This document shows, piece by piece, positions 32,772 through 41,756 of a stretch of 64,000 nucleotides of DNA. Both the position numbers and the translations under genes were made by a program. Numbering within the stretch: the stretch's first letter is position 1; each line of letters starts with the position of its first letter. Below the pieces are notes generated by a model that did no database searches, was not told where the DNA came from, and saw only the letters and a list, made by a program, of their open reading frames with translations. The stretch spans positions 43,062-107,061 of the forward strand of contig NZ_CBFHYF010000003.1 in assembly GCF_965660005.1 (NCBI RefSeq). The letters are read 5' to 3'. Origin of the DNA: Porticoccus sp. Lineage in GTDB: Bacteria > Pseudomonadota > Gammaproteobacteria > Pseudomonadales > Porticoccaceae.

Positions 32772-33629
32772 CTATTTTATGTGCTCAAGAATTCCTTCCA
32801 GCTCATCCAGATTATTGTATTTAAAGGTCAATTTTCCCTTGCCCTTAGCCGAGTGTTCAATAAATACAGGTACGCCGATCTGCTCCGACAACTTATCCTG
32901 AAGTACCCTGATATCACTGTTTTCTTTTCGTATTTTATTTCCCACCGGTGGTTGGAGCTTCTTCCTCACCAGTGCTTCCGTCTGCCGGACAGTCAAACCT
33001 TTTGCCACAGCCGTTCTGGCAACCTCCGCCTGCTCCATACCCGACAAGCCAAGCAGGGCTTTGGCATGGCCTGCTTCCAGATCACCATGCTCCAGCAATT
33101 TTTGCACGTCTTCCTCAAGGCTCATCAGGCGCATGATATTTGCTACCGTGCTGCGGGGTTTACCCACCGCATCCGAGACCTGCTGCTGGGTCAGATCAAA
33201 TTCCTGTTGCAGTCGCGTCAGAGCCTGGGCTTCTTCCATTGCATTGAGATCTTCACGTTGAATATTCTCAATCAATGCCATCGCAATGGCAGACTCGTCC
33301 GACACCTCCCTGATTAACGCAGGGATTGTCTCCAGGCCAACCTGTTGGGCTGCTCGCCAGCGGCGCTCGCCGGCAATAATTTCATAGCGGTCTATACCGA
33401 CAGGTCTCACCACGATAGGTTGCATTATTCCCTGCACACGAATGGAGTTGGCAAGCTCCTCCAGTGCTTCAGGGTGCATATCCCTGCGCGGTTGATATTT
33501 ACCGCGGCTCATAAATTCAAGAGGCAACTCTTTCAGGTGATCTGCCCCCTGAGAGACTGATGTATTCTCATCGTCATCAACCCCCAGGAGTGCATCCAGA
33601 CCGCGGCCCAAACCTTTTCTTCTGACCAT
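32772..33629 (-). CDS. parB: chromosome partitioning protein ParB
   Basis: MVRRKGLGRGLDALLG start, IIAGERRWRAA box, HTH. ATG 33629 lies 5 nt after the parA stop. The track ORF (to 33818) over-extends into parA. Confidence 0.95.
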   Translation of the reverse strand: MVRRKGLGRGLDALLGVDDDENTSVSQGADHLKELPLEFMSRGKYQPRRDMHPEALEELANSIRVQGIMQPIVVRPVGIDRYEIIAGERRWRAAQQVGLETIPALIREVSDESAIAMALIENIQREDLNAMEEAQALTRLQQEFDLTQQQVSDAVGKPRSTVANIMRLMSLEEDVQKLLEHGDLEAGHAKALLGLSGMEQAEVARTAVAKGLTVRQTEALVRKKLQPPVGNKIRKENSDIRVLQDKLSEQIGVPVFIEHSAKGKGKLTFKYNNLDELEGILEHIK

Positions 33630-33633
33630 AAAA

Positions 33634-34428
33634 TTAACCTGCTTTGTCAATCTGCACTTTCGGCGATTTACCTCTGCGGATGATCTCTCCTGCCAGCCCC
33701 AGATACGCAAGCGCTCCCTTCGAGTGCTTATCGTAGCTGAGCGCCGGTTGTCCGTAACTTGGGGCTTCCGCCAGTCGGACGTTACGAGGGATGGCAATAC
33801 GATAGATTTTGTCGCCAAAGTATCTTCGCAACTGCGCTGTCACCTCATTGGTCAAACTGTTTCTGGGGTCGTACATGGTGCGCAATATACCTTCGACCTG
33901 TAGCTTCGGATTGAGAAATTTCCCTATTCTCCCGATGGTCATCATCAACGCCGACAACCCTTCCAGGGCATAATACTCGCATTGCATGGGTATGATGACG
34001 CCATCACAGGCCACCAGTGAGTTCACTGTCAACATACTCAGTGACGGCGGGCAATCGATAACAATGTAATCGTAACTGTTTTTCACCCTGGCCAGAGCAT
34101 GGCGCAACCTGCTTTCTTTATTGGTCACTCGAAGCAACTCCACTTCGGCTGCCGTGAGATCACCGTTGGCTGGTAACAGATCAAAGTTGCCTGTTTCACA
34201 ACGCTGCAGCGCTTCTTCTGTTTTCGTGTCACCGGTGAGTACATCAAGGATGGTGGTTTTCAGCTGGTTTTTTTCTACACCGCAGCCCATGGTGGCATTA
34301 CCTTGGGGATCCATGTCTACCAACAGGATACGCTTGTTATAGCTGGCCAATGAAGCCGCCAGATTTACACTGGTGGTGGTTTTCCCCACGCCACCCTTCT
34401 GATTGGCAATGGCAAATGTTTGACTCAA
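33634..34428 (-). CDS. parA: chromosome partitioning ATPase ParA (Soj)
   Basis: FAIANQKGGVGKTTT deviant Walker A. TTG 34428 with GAGGA 7 nt upstream aligns with M1 of Pseudomonas Soj. The track start ATG 34452 would overlap rsmG by 14 nt. Confidence 0.93.
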   Translation of the reverse strand: MSQTFAIANQKGGVGKTTTSVNLAASLASYNKRILLVDMDPQGNATMGCGVEKNQLKTTILDVLTGDTKTEEALQRCETGNFDLLPANGDLTAAEVELLRVTNKESRLRHALARVKNSYDYIVIDCPPSLSMLTVNSLVACDGVIIPMQCEYYALEGLSALMMTIGRIGKFLNPKLQVEGILRTMYDPRNSLTNEVTAQLRRYFGDKIYRIAIPRNVRLAEAPSYGQPALSYDKHSKGALAYLGLAGEIIRRGKSPKVQIDKAG

Positions 34429-34438
34429 GGCAATGTCC

Positions 34439-35065
34439 TCAGACGGGCGCAATTTCTATCAAGTGCCGACGACCTTCAACACCTGGAACAACAAGCTGAT
34501 GTGCGCCAACGACATTATAGTGTTTTGGCAACTCTCTCAACTCCTGCTCAGGATATTGGCCCTTCATGGCATAGAAACGCCCATGCGCAGAAAGCAGATG
34601 AGCGCATTTTTCAGTCATTCCGGCCAGACTCGTAAACGCCCGACTGATTACGGCATCAAAGGGCTGTTCCGGCCGGTAGGCTTCAGTGCGGGATTGAATC
34701 TCCTGAACATTCCCCAAACCCAGGGTGGTTTTTACCTGGAAGAGAAAGCGGATTTTCTTGCCATTGCTGTCTAGCAGGCTGAACTGGCGCTCCGGGTAAC
34801 AGATAGCCAGTGGTATACCTGGCAACCCGGGGCCGGTGCCCACATCAATAATACGCGTGCCCTTTATCCATGAAGCTATGCTCAGACTATCCAGCAAGTG
34901 ATGGGTAAGCATCATTTCGGGGTCACGAATAGCTGTCAAATTATAGGCACGATTCCACTGCTGCAATAACTCCAGATAAGCAAAAAGGGCAGCTACCTGT
35001 CCAGCATCCAAGGGTAACCCCAGGCTTTGCAGTCCTTCGCGGAGTATCCGTTCGCGGTCCGACAT
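34439..35065 (-). CDS. rsmG: 16S rRNA (guanine527-N7)-methyltransferase
   Basis: 208 aa. GidB family (DVGTGPGLPGIPLAI). Confidence 0.93.
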   Translation of the reverse strand: MSDRERILREGLQSLGLPLDAGQVAALFAYLELLQQWNRAYNLTAIRDPEMMLTHHLLDSLSIASWIKGTRIIDVGTGPGLPGIPLAICYPERQFSLLDSNGKKIRFLFQVKTTLGLGNVQEIQSRTEAYRPEQPFDAVISRAFTSLAGMTEKCAHLLSAHGRFYAMKGQYPEQELRELPKHYNVVGAHQLVVPGVEGRRHLIEIAPV

Positions 35066-36964
35066 TTAGGAGGCGATCTTTTTTTCAACCAGCGATTTTC
35101 GTTTGAGATAGATTAGCAACAAAGATACCGCCGCTGGCGTAACACCCGGTATACGGGATGCTCTGGACAGGGTGTCCGGCCGCGCGGCTATCAGTTTCTG
35201 TTTTACCTCATTGGACAGCCCCTTGACTACACTGAAATCAAAATCAGCTGGGATCGGCGTGTTTTCCTGGCGCTGCATACGGTCAATTTCTTCTTGTTGG
35301 CGGGCAATGTAGCCTGCGTACTTTGCATCGATCTCCACTTGCTCAGCCACTTCCTCGGCTATTTGCGGCGGCACTTCCTGCAATAATCGAATATCTTCAT
35401 AGTGCAATTCCGGTCGCTTCAGCAGCTCGAAGAGACTGTATTCATGCATTGGCATAGATCCGGTTTTTTGGGCGATCACCTCAGCCTGCGGGCTATCTGG
35501 CTGAATCCAGCAACCCTTCAGTCGTTGCTGCTCTCTTGCTACCGCTTCACGTTTCGTACAAAAGAGCTGCCAACGCTCATCGTTAACCAATCCGAGTTCC
35601 CGCCCTTTCTCAGTAAGACGCAGGTCGGCATTGTCCTGCCGCAACAACAGCCGATATTCTGCACGACTGGTAAACATCCGGTAGGGTTCCTGCGTTCCCA
35701 TGGTAATCAGATCGTCCACCAAGACACCGATGTAGGCTTCATCCCGTCGCGGGCACCACGGTGCCTTTTCACGACTCCGCAATCCGGCATTTAATCCCGC
35801 CAGCAAGCCCTGTGCGGCAGCTTCTTCATACCCGGTAGTACCATTTATCTGGCCAGCAAAAAACAACCCGTCAATGTGCTTGCTCTCCAATGAATACTGC
35901 AAATCCTGAGGATTAAAATAATCGTACTCAATGGCGTAACCCGGCCTGGTTATATGTGCGTTTTCAAAGCCCTCTATCGAGCGAACCAGTTCCATCTGCA
36001 CATCGAAGGGCAAACTGGTCGAAATACCGTTGGGGTAGAGTTCGTGGGTTGTCAAGCCCTCCGGTTCAATGAAGATCTGATGACTTTGCTTATCGGCAAA
36101 CCGTACCACTTTATCTTCAATCGAAGGGCAGTATCGGGGACCAACTCCCTCGATAACCCCGGTGTACATGGGTGAGCGGTTCATCCCACCACGGATAATC
36201 TCATGTGTCCGCTCATTGGTGTAGGTAATGTAACAGCAGGTCTGCTGTGGGTGTTGAGAGGCGTCTCCGAGATAGGACATGACAGGTTCAGGTTTATCAC
36301 CCCACTGTACCTGCAATCCATCAAAGTTCACACTTCGGGCATCAATCCTTGGCGGTGTCCCGGTCTTCAGCCGATCAACTCTCAGGGGCAACTCCCGAAG
36401 CCTTGCCGCCAACCCCATCGCTGGCGGATCGCCTGCTCGACCACCGGCATAGTTTTCCAGCCCGATATGTATTTTTCCCGCCAGAAAGGTCCCCGCTGTC
36501 AAAACAATTGTTTTCGCGCTGAAACGCAACCCCATTTGAGTAACCACACCGCTCACCCGCAGCCCATCCATAAGCAAATCCTCAGCTGCTTGCTGAAAAA
36601 TCCACAGATTGGGCTGGTTTTCGAGAATCTGACGAACAGCGGCCTTGTATAGAATACGGTCTGCCTGGGCCCTGGTTGCCCTGACGGCTGGCCCTTTTCT
36701 GGCATTCAGGGTTCGGAACTGTATACCGCTCAAGTCGGTTGCTTTGGCAATAATGCCACCCAGGGCATCGACCTCTTTCACTAGATGGCTTTTGCCTATG
36801 CCCCCGATTGCCGGGTTACAGGACATCTGTCCCAATGTTTCGATGTTGTGTGTAAGCAATAGTGTCTTGCAACCCATTCGGGCCGCAGCCAGACAAGCTT
36901 CAGTTCCGGCATGACCGCCACCAATGACGATGACATCGAACGTTTCCGGATAATACATGGACAA
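35066..36964 (-). CDS. mnmG: tRNA uridine-5-carboxymethylaminomethyl modification enzyme MnmG (GidA)
   Basis: 632 aa. [18 protein letters not shown] fold. Confidence 0.97.
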   Translation of the reverse strand: MSMYYPETFDVIVIGGGHAGTEACLAAARMGCKTLLLTHNIETLGQMSCNPAIGGIGKSHLVKEVDALGGIIAKATDLSGIQFRTLNARKGPAVRATRAQADRILYKAAVRQILENQPNLWIFQQAAEDLLMDGLRVSGVVTQMGLRFSAKTIVLTAGTFLAGKIHIGLENYAGGRAGDPPAMGLAARLRELPLRVDRLKTGTPPRIDARSVNFDGLQVQWGDKPEPVMSYLGDASQHPQQTCCYITYTNERTHEIIRGGMNRSPMYTGVIEGVGPRYCPSIEDKVVRFADKQSHQIFIEPEGLTTHELYPNGISTSLPFDVQMELVRSIEGFENAHITRPGYAIEYDYFNPQDLQYSLESKHIDGLFFAGQINGTTGYEEAAAQGLLAGLNAGLRSREKAPWCPRRDEAYIGVLVDDLITMGTQEPYRMFTSRAEYRLLLRQDNADLRLTEKGRELGLVNDERWQLFCTKREAVAREQQRLKGCWIQPDSPQAEVIAQKTGSMPMHEYSLFELLKRPELHYEDIRLLQEVPPQIAEEVAEQVEIDAKYAGYIARQQEEIDRMQRQENTPIPADFDFSVVKGLSNEVKQKLIAARPDTLSRASRIPGVTPAAVSLLLIYLKRKSLVEKKIAS

Positions 36965-37172
36965 AAGGCCGCTCTGTAGTTTTTGGCAGGGGCGGTGATT
37001 ATAAAGTAAATTGTTTATAATTTAACCGTTTGGTTTTGTTAGCCCTATTCATTGTCTCTTTGTTTAATTTGGCAAGTTCGGTATTGTCTCCGTTAACCAT
37101 AAAAATAGATTAAATATATTTTCTTTATGTAAGTATTAGTAAATAGTAGTTATATATGTACGGTTGTTTTTC

Positions 37173-37426
37173 TGTGGGTAGATCAAAATATCCTTTTAAT
37201 ATTAATTAGTTACAAGCTGTATAAACCACTTGCTAAGTTGCATAGAGAGCCGCCCGTTTCTTTGTGTATCTTGTGGGCTAAACCCCCTGTTACCCACAGG
37301 TCTCGTAAATAAGAAGTTACCCACAATTTTATTAAGGATAAATCCGCCCAATTATCCCGTAAGTTACCCACAGTTTTAGCACAGCTGTGGGTAACTAGCT
37401 TTGAAGGTGGTTTTTTCTGTGGGTAA
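37173..37426. promoter_or_regulatory. cluster of DnaA-box-like 9-mers TTACCCACA / TGTGGGTAA
   Basis: Exact TTACCCACA at 37290-37298, 37317-37325 and 37364-37372. Exact reverse TGTGGGTAA at 37386-37394 and 37418-37426. Near copies: TGTGGGTAG 37173-37181 and TGTGGGCTA 37272-37280. Weaker TTATCC-type matches at 37333-37341 and 37352-37360. Confidence 0.6.
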
Positions 37427-37466
37427 GTTTGTATGAAGATTATTTGTTTCAGCGGAAGATCTTTCA

Positions 37467-37495
37467 TTGATATGCCTCCAGATATTCATTAAAAT
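37467..37495 (+). promoter_or_regulatory. candidate sigma70 promoter of rpmH-rnpA
   Basis: TTGATA (37467-37472), 17-nt spacer, TAAAAT (37490-37495), about 45 nt upstream of the rpmH ATG. Confidence 0.45.
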
Positions 37496-37539
37496 CCTCC
37501 GCCCTCAGAAGGTAACCGGCCAGCTTAAGGAAGTCCGCC

Positions 37540-37674
37540 ATGAAAAGAACATTTCAGCCCAGTGTATTGAAGCGCAAGCGTACCCACGGATTTCGTGCAC
37601 GCATGGCCACAAAAAATGGTCGTCAGGTAATCAATCGTCGTCGCGCCAAGGGCCGCAAGCGCCTGGCAGCCTGA
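37540..37674 (+). CDS. rpmH: 50S ribosomal protein L34
   Basis: Below the track's length cut-off. My translation is [44 protein letters not shown] (44 aa), an unmistakable L34. AAGGAAG RBS upstream. Confidence 0.97.
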   Translation: MKRTFQPSVLKRKRTHGFRARMATKNGRQVINRRRAKGRKRLAA

Positions 37675-37700
37675 CTGTTATCCTTGATCAGGGCAGTCCT

Positions 37701-38066
37701 GTGCCCGAGACATCTTTTGGCAGAAACAAGCGTCTATTAACAGCCCGGGCTTACCAGGCTGTTTTTTCTGGTACCTGCTTCAAAGTTGCACACCCAAATC
37801 TTCTATTACTGGCCAAACCTAACGGGCTGTGTCTGCCCAGGCTCGGTCTTGTGGTGGCAAAAAAACATATTCGTCGGTCAGTTGATCGCAATCGTGTCAA
37901 GCGAGTTGTCCGTGAAACCTTTCGCCAGTCTCAAAACCTTCTCGATTCTCTCGATATCATTTTCCTGGCCCGTCAGGGTATGGATTGCTTAACGCCGAAA
38001 GAACAAACCGACCTGCTTGAAAACAGCTGGCGGCGTTTATCGCGTAAACTTCAGGCGGAATTGTAG
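37701..38066 (+). CDS. rnpA: ribonuclease P protein component
   Basis: [46 protein letters not shown] 37701 is the first plausible start after the rpmH stop; the track ORF from 37467 overlaps rpmH in another frame. Confidence 0.9.
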   Translation: MPETSFGRNKRLLTARAYQAVFSGTCFKVAHPNLLLLAKPNGLCLPRLGLVVAKKHIRRSVDRNRVKRVVRETFRQSQNLLDSLDIIFLARQGMDCLTPKEQTDLLENSWRRLSRKLQAEL

Positions 38067-38068
38067 TC

Positions 38069-38299
38069 GTGCGCTCATTTTTGCTGGCTCTACTAAAGGG
38101 GTATCAGTACCTGGTAAGCCCACTGTTAGGAAAAAACTGTCGTTTCTATCCCAGTTGCTCTTGCTACGCTGAGGAAGCAATTAAAGTGCACGGCGCTTCA
38201 AAGGGTGTCTATCTAGGCTTCCAGCGTCTGTTAAAGTGTCACCCCTTCTATGCCGGTGGCTATGATCCTGTACCGCAATCTGAAAAAGAAAAGAGTTAA
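38069..38299 (+). CDS. yidD: membrane protein insertion efficiency factor YidD
   Basis: 76 aa. [27 protein letters not shown] and KCHPF motifs. GTG start. Confidence 0.92.
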   Translation: MRSFLLALLKGYQYLVSPLLGKNCRFYPSCSCYAEEAIKVHGASKGVYLGFQRLLKCHPFYAGGYDPVPQSEKEKS

Positions 38300-38305
38300 A
38301 TTACT

Positions 38306-40003
38306 ATGGATTGGCAACGTTCTTTATTGATAGGTGGCATGTTGGTAGTGCTGTATATGTTGTTTCTTGAGTGGGATACCTTTCAAGGTGCCCAGACAGA
38401 TCAGAATCCTGTGTCTGAAGAAACCATACTAGCCCCGGATACAAAGCAACTACCGGCTGAGTCAACCCCCGAACCTGCGACCAACGAAATACCGACATTA
38501 CAAAATGATAATGTTGCGGTGAAGGCCACATCGACAGAAACGGACGCTCCGGGTACTTCAACAACACGGCTTTTGTCGGTATCTACCGATGTACTGCATG
38601 TGCTGATCGATACTCGGGGCGGTGATATTGTTCGGGTGGAACTGCCGGAACACCTGACAAGGTTACAGGAAGATTCTCCGCCGTTCGTTCTTTTAAATCA
38701 GACAGCCAGTAATACTTACATTGCCCAGAGTGGTTTGATTGGCATTAATGGAACAGATAACACCGAGGGGCGTCCTCTCTTCAAAGCTGAAAAAAGTGAA
38801 TATCGGCTTGCTGATGGTGCCGAGGGAATACAGGTAGATATGGTGTTCCAGCAGGATGACGTCACCATTACTAAACGCTTCAGTTTTACTCGAGCTGATC
38901 ACCTGATAGAAGTAACCTACCTTGTTGACAATCAGGGCACCAATGCTTGGCAAGCCGGCTTATTTGGCCAGATAAAACGGGATAGCCACGAGCCATCCGT
39001 GGCCACTGGAATGGGGATGAACCCTTATGTGGGTGCCGCTTTGCGCACCACAGAAGAAAATTACAAAAAGGTCGAGTTTGAAGATCTCGTTGAAGCACCT
39101 TTCAAGGACACCCTGGAGGGCGGTTGGATTGCTATGATCCAACATTATTTCATCAGTGCCTGGATACCGGATCAATCGACGACCAATGCATTTTCCCTGC
39201 GTCAATTGGGTAACCAGGATCTTTACACTATTGGTTTTACCTCACCACAAATATCAGTTGAACCAGGTGCCACCGGAGAGCTTAAAGCAGCGTTTTATGC
39301 TGGTCCCAAAGATCAATACAGGTTGGAAGAAATTTCTCCCTACCTTGATTTGACTGTGGACTATGGCTGGCTCTGGTGGGTGTCAAAACCCCTGTTCTGG
39401 GTCCTTTATCAATTGCATGAACTGATTGGTAACTGGGGTTGGTCGATTATTCTCCTGACCGTATTCATTAAGGCAGCATTCTATAAATTATCTGCCACCA
39501 GCTATCGCTCCATGGCAAATATGCGTCGATTGCAGCCAGAAATGTTGCGCCTCAAAGATCTTTATGGGGATGATCGCCAGAAGCTATCCCAGGAGACGAT
39601 GAATCTATACAAGCGAGAAAAAGTAAATCCTATGGGTGGGTGCCTGCCTATTCTGGTGCAAATGCCGGTGTTTATAGCACTTTATTGGGTACTATTTGAA
39701 AGTGTGGAGCTGCGGCATGCACCATGGATACTCTGGATTCAGGATTTGTCGGTCAAGGACCCGCTCTTTATTCTGCCGTTGCTAATGGGTGCCAGCATGT
39801 ATATTCAGCAGCAGTTGAATCCCACACCTCCGGATCCTACTCAGGCCAAAATCATGCAAATGATGCCCATAGCCTTTACTTTTTTCTTCATGTTCTTCCC
39901 GGCTGGACTAGTGCTTTACTGGACGGTAAACAATATTCTTTCAATAATCCAACAGTGGATGATCACCCGCCAGATAGAAGCGGCTCCCTTGAAAAAGAAA
40001 TGA
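38306..40003 (+). CDS. yidC: membrane protein insertase YidC
   Basis: 565 aa. Large periplasmic domain plus the conserved C-terminal 5-TM core (GGCLPILVQMPVFIALY). Confidence 0.97.
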   Translation: MDWQRSLLIGGMLVVLYMLFLEWDTFQGAQTDQNPVSEETILAPDTKQLPAESTPEPATNEIPTLQNDNVAVKATSTETDAPGTSTTRLLSVSTDVLHVLIDTRGGDIVRVELPEHLTRLQEDSPPFVLLNQTASNTYIAQSGLIGINGTDNTEGRPLFKAEKSEYRLADGAEGIQVDMVFQQDDVTITKRFSFTRADHLIEVTYLVDNQGTNAWQAGLFGQIKRDSHEPSVATGMGMNPYVGAALRTTEENYKKVEFEDLVEAPFKDTLEGGWIAMIQHYFISAWIPDQSTTNAFSLRQLGNQDLYTIGFTSPQISVEPGATGELKAAFYAGPKDQYRLEEISPYLDLTVDYGWLWWVSKPLFWVLYQLHELIGNWGWSIILLTVFIKAAFYKLSATSYRSMANMRRLQPEMLRLKDLYGDDRQKLSQETMNLYKREKVNPMGGCLPILVQMPVFIALYWVLFESVELRHAPWILWIQDLSVKDPLFILPLLMGASMYIQQQLNPTPPDPTQAKIMQMMPIAFTFFFMFFPAGLVLYWTVNNILSIIQQWMITRQIEAAPLKKK

Positions 40004-40038
40004 TACAAGGCTCCCGCAGGGGGCCTTGTTGGTGATAC

Positions 40039-41412
40039 ATGAACGGCCTCAGTCACGATCAGGATGTTATTGTCGCAGTAGCCACCCCCCCCGGACGGGG
40101 CGGGGTTGGTGTGGTACGTATTTCAGGTCTTGCTCTTGACCCATTGATCAACGGTTTTATCGGGAGAAAGCTCGAACCACGACAAGCGGTATTTACGGAC
40201 TTTCACGATGCCAAAAATCAGGTTATTGATCGCGGTTTAGCGATCTACTTTCCTGCACCGCATTCTTTTACCGGAGAGCATGTACTCGAACTGCAGGGGC
40301 ATGGGGGTCCAGTCATCATGGATATGCTCCTGCAACGCGCTATTCAGCTGGGTGCCAGACTTGCCCGCCCCGGTGAATTTTCACAACGGGCCTTCCTTAA
40401 CGATAAGCTGGATCTGACTCAAGCTGAGGCCATTGCTGACCTGATTGATGCCACCTCCGAACAGGCAGCCCGATGTGCAATCCGCTCTCTGCAGGGAGCC
40501 TTTTCAACGCAAATTCACCAATTGCTGGAGGCGTTGACCGCCCTGCGGATATATGTCGAGGCAGCTATCGACTTTCCCGAAGAAGAAGTCGATTTTTTGG
40601 CCGATGGCCGGGTCAGTGCTGATTTGAATGGAATCATTATCCAGCTCGATGAGCTGTTTTATCAGGCAAGACAGGGTGCCTTGCTGAAAGAGGGCATGAC
40701 GGTTGTCATCGCAGGCAAACCGAATGCCGGCAAGTCCAGTTTACTCAATGCACTATCTGGTCGGGATAGTGCAATAGTCACCGAAGTAGAGGGAACCACC
40801 AGAGATTTATTGAGGGAGGAGATAAGCCTGGATGGAATGCCACTGCACGTAATTGATACGGCGGGCCTTCGTGATACGGGTGATCCGGTGGAAAAGGAAG
40901 GCATTCGCCGTGCCTGGCAGGCAATAGAGGGGGCGGATCGGATTTTATTTGTGGTGGATAGCAGCCAACCCTACTCACTGGATCCAAAAAAAAACTGGCC
41001 TGATTATTTCAGCAGGTTTCCTCAGGCAGAAAATATCAGTTTTATTTTGAATAAAGCCGACACATCAACTCTTCCGGTCGGAATTACAGAGGACCGTGGC
41101 CATCCAGTAGTAACACTCTCCGTCAAACAGGGTTTGGGATTGAACTATCTGGTTGACCACCTCAAGCAATGCATGGGCTATACGAGTAGCGAGGTTGGCA
41201 GTTTTGCCGCAAGACGACGACACCTGGATGCATTAGAGCGGGCACAACAATACCTGCACAGTGGTGTAGAGCAGCTTCATCAAGCGGGAGCGGGGGAGTT
41301 GTTGGCCGAAGACCTGCGTTTGGCGCAGCAGTGCCTGGCGGAAATTACAGGTGAATTTACTTCGGATGATCTACTTGGGCGAATTTTTGCCAGTTTTTGT
41401 ATCGGAAAATGA
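40039..41412 (+). CDS. mnmE: tRNA modification GTPase MnmE (TrmE)
   Basis: 457 aa. [15 protein letters not shown]1, DTAGLR G3, C-terminal FCIGK. Confidence 0.97.
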   Translation: MNGLSHDQDVIVAVATPPGRGGVGVVRISGLALDPLINGFIGRKLEPRQAVFTDFHDAKNQVIDRGLAIYFPAPHSFTGEHVLELQGHGGPVIMDMLLQRAIQLGARLARPGEFSQRAFLNDKLDLTQAEAIADLIDATSEQAARCAIRSLQGAFSTQIHQLLEALTALRIYVEAAIDFPEEEVDFLADGRVSADLNGIIIQLDELFYQARQGALLKEGMTVVIAGKPNAGKSSLLNALSGRDSAIVTEVEGTTRDLLREEISLDGMPLHVIDTAGLRDTGDPVEKEGIRRAWQAIEGADRILFVVDSSQPYSLDPKKNWPDYFSRFPQAENISFILNKADTSTLPVGITEDRGHPVVTLSVKQGLGLNYLVDHLKQCMGYTSSEVGSFAARRRHLDALERAQQYLHSGVEQLHQAGAGELLAEDLRLAQQCLAEITGEFTSDDLLGRIFASFCIGK

Positions 41413-41467
41413 CTTTTCTTGTACAGGTAGTCATCAATCATGGAAATCCGGTGACGCCGCCAGTTCC

Positions 41468-41718
41468 TGTGGACTAATCGACAGCAAACCCCCAGCAAAC
41501 TCACATTTTGATAACAGGTTATCCACAGATACTGGTTAAAAAACAACCATAATAAATATATTTTTTGTGCATAATAGATAACTATAGATATTATATAACT
41601 TACTGATATATATAAATTATTATAATTTATCGCCAGTATTGGTAATATCAGATAGGTGTGGATAACCAACCATTTTGTCGATAGACTGAGTCCATAAAAA
41701 CAACACGAATTATCCGTA
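41468..41718. promoter_or_regulatory. canonical DnaA boxes flanking an AT-rich tract upstream of dnaA (dnaA autoregulatory region and/or second origin-like module)
   Basis: Perfect TTATCCACA at 41519-41527 and perfect reverse TGTGGATAA at 41657-41665. 7/9 matches at 41468-41476 (TGTGGACTA) and 41710-41718 (TTATCCGTA). Very AT-rich between about 41535 and 41640. Confidence 0.65.
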
Positions 41719-41756
41719 TTTTCGTGCCACCCACGAAGCATAAGAAGGGGTTTGGT

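Larger units (their letters stand above)
36965..37539. other. oriC: candidate chromosomal replication origin (oriC) in the mnmG-rpmH spacer
   Basis: 575-bp non-coding spacer. A strongly AT-rich tract (about 37000-37165) lies next to mnmG, followed by a cluster of DnaA-box-like 9-mers (37173-37426). The gene-strand polarity switch occurs here. The layout matches the gidA-DUE-boxes polarity of E. coli oriC. Confidence 0.6.

Noticed and set aside
37210-37467. An 85-aa minus-strand ORF in the mnmG-rpmH spacer.
   Set aside because: It is composed of the repeated TGTGGGTAA boxes read as protein (VTHSC, LWVT, WVTGG). The repeats explain the open frame.
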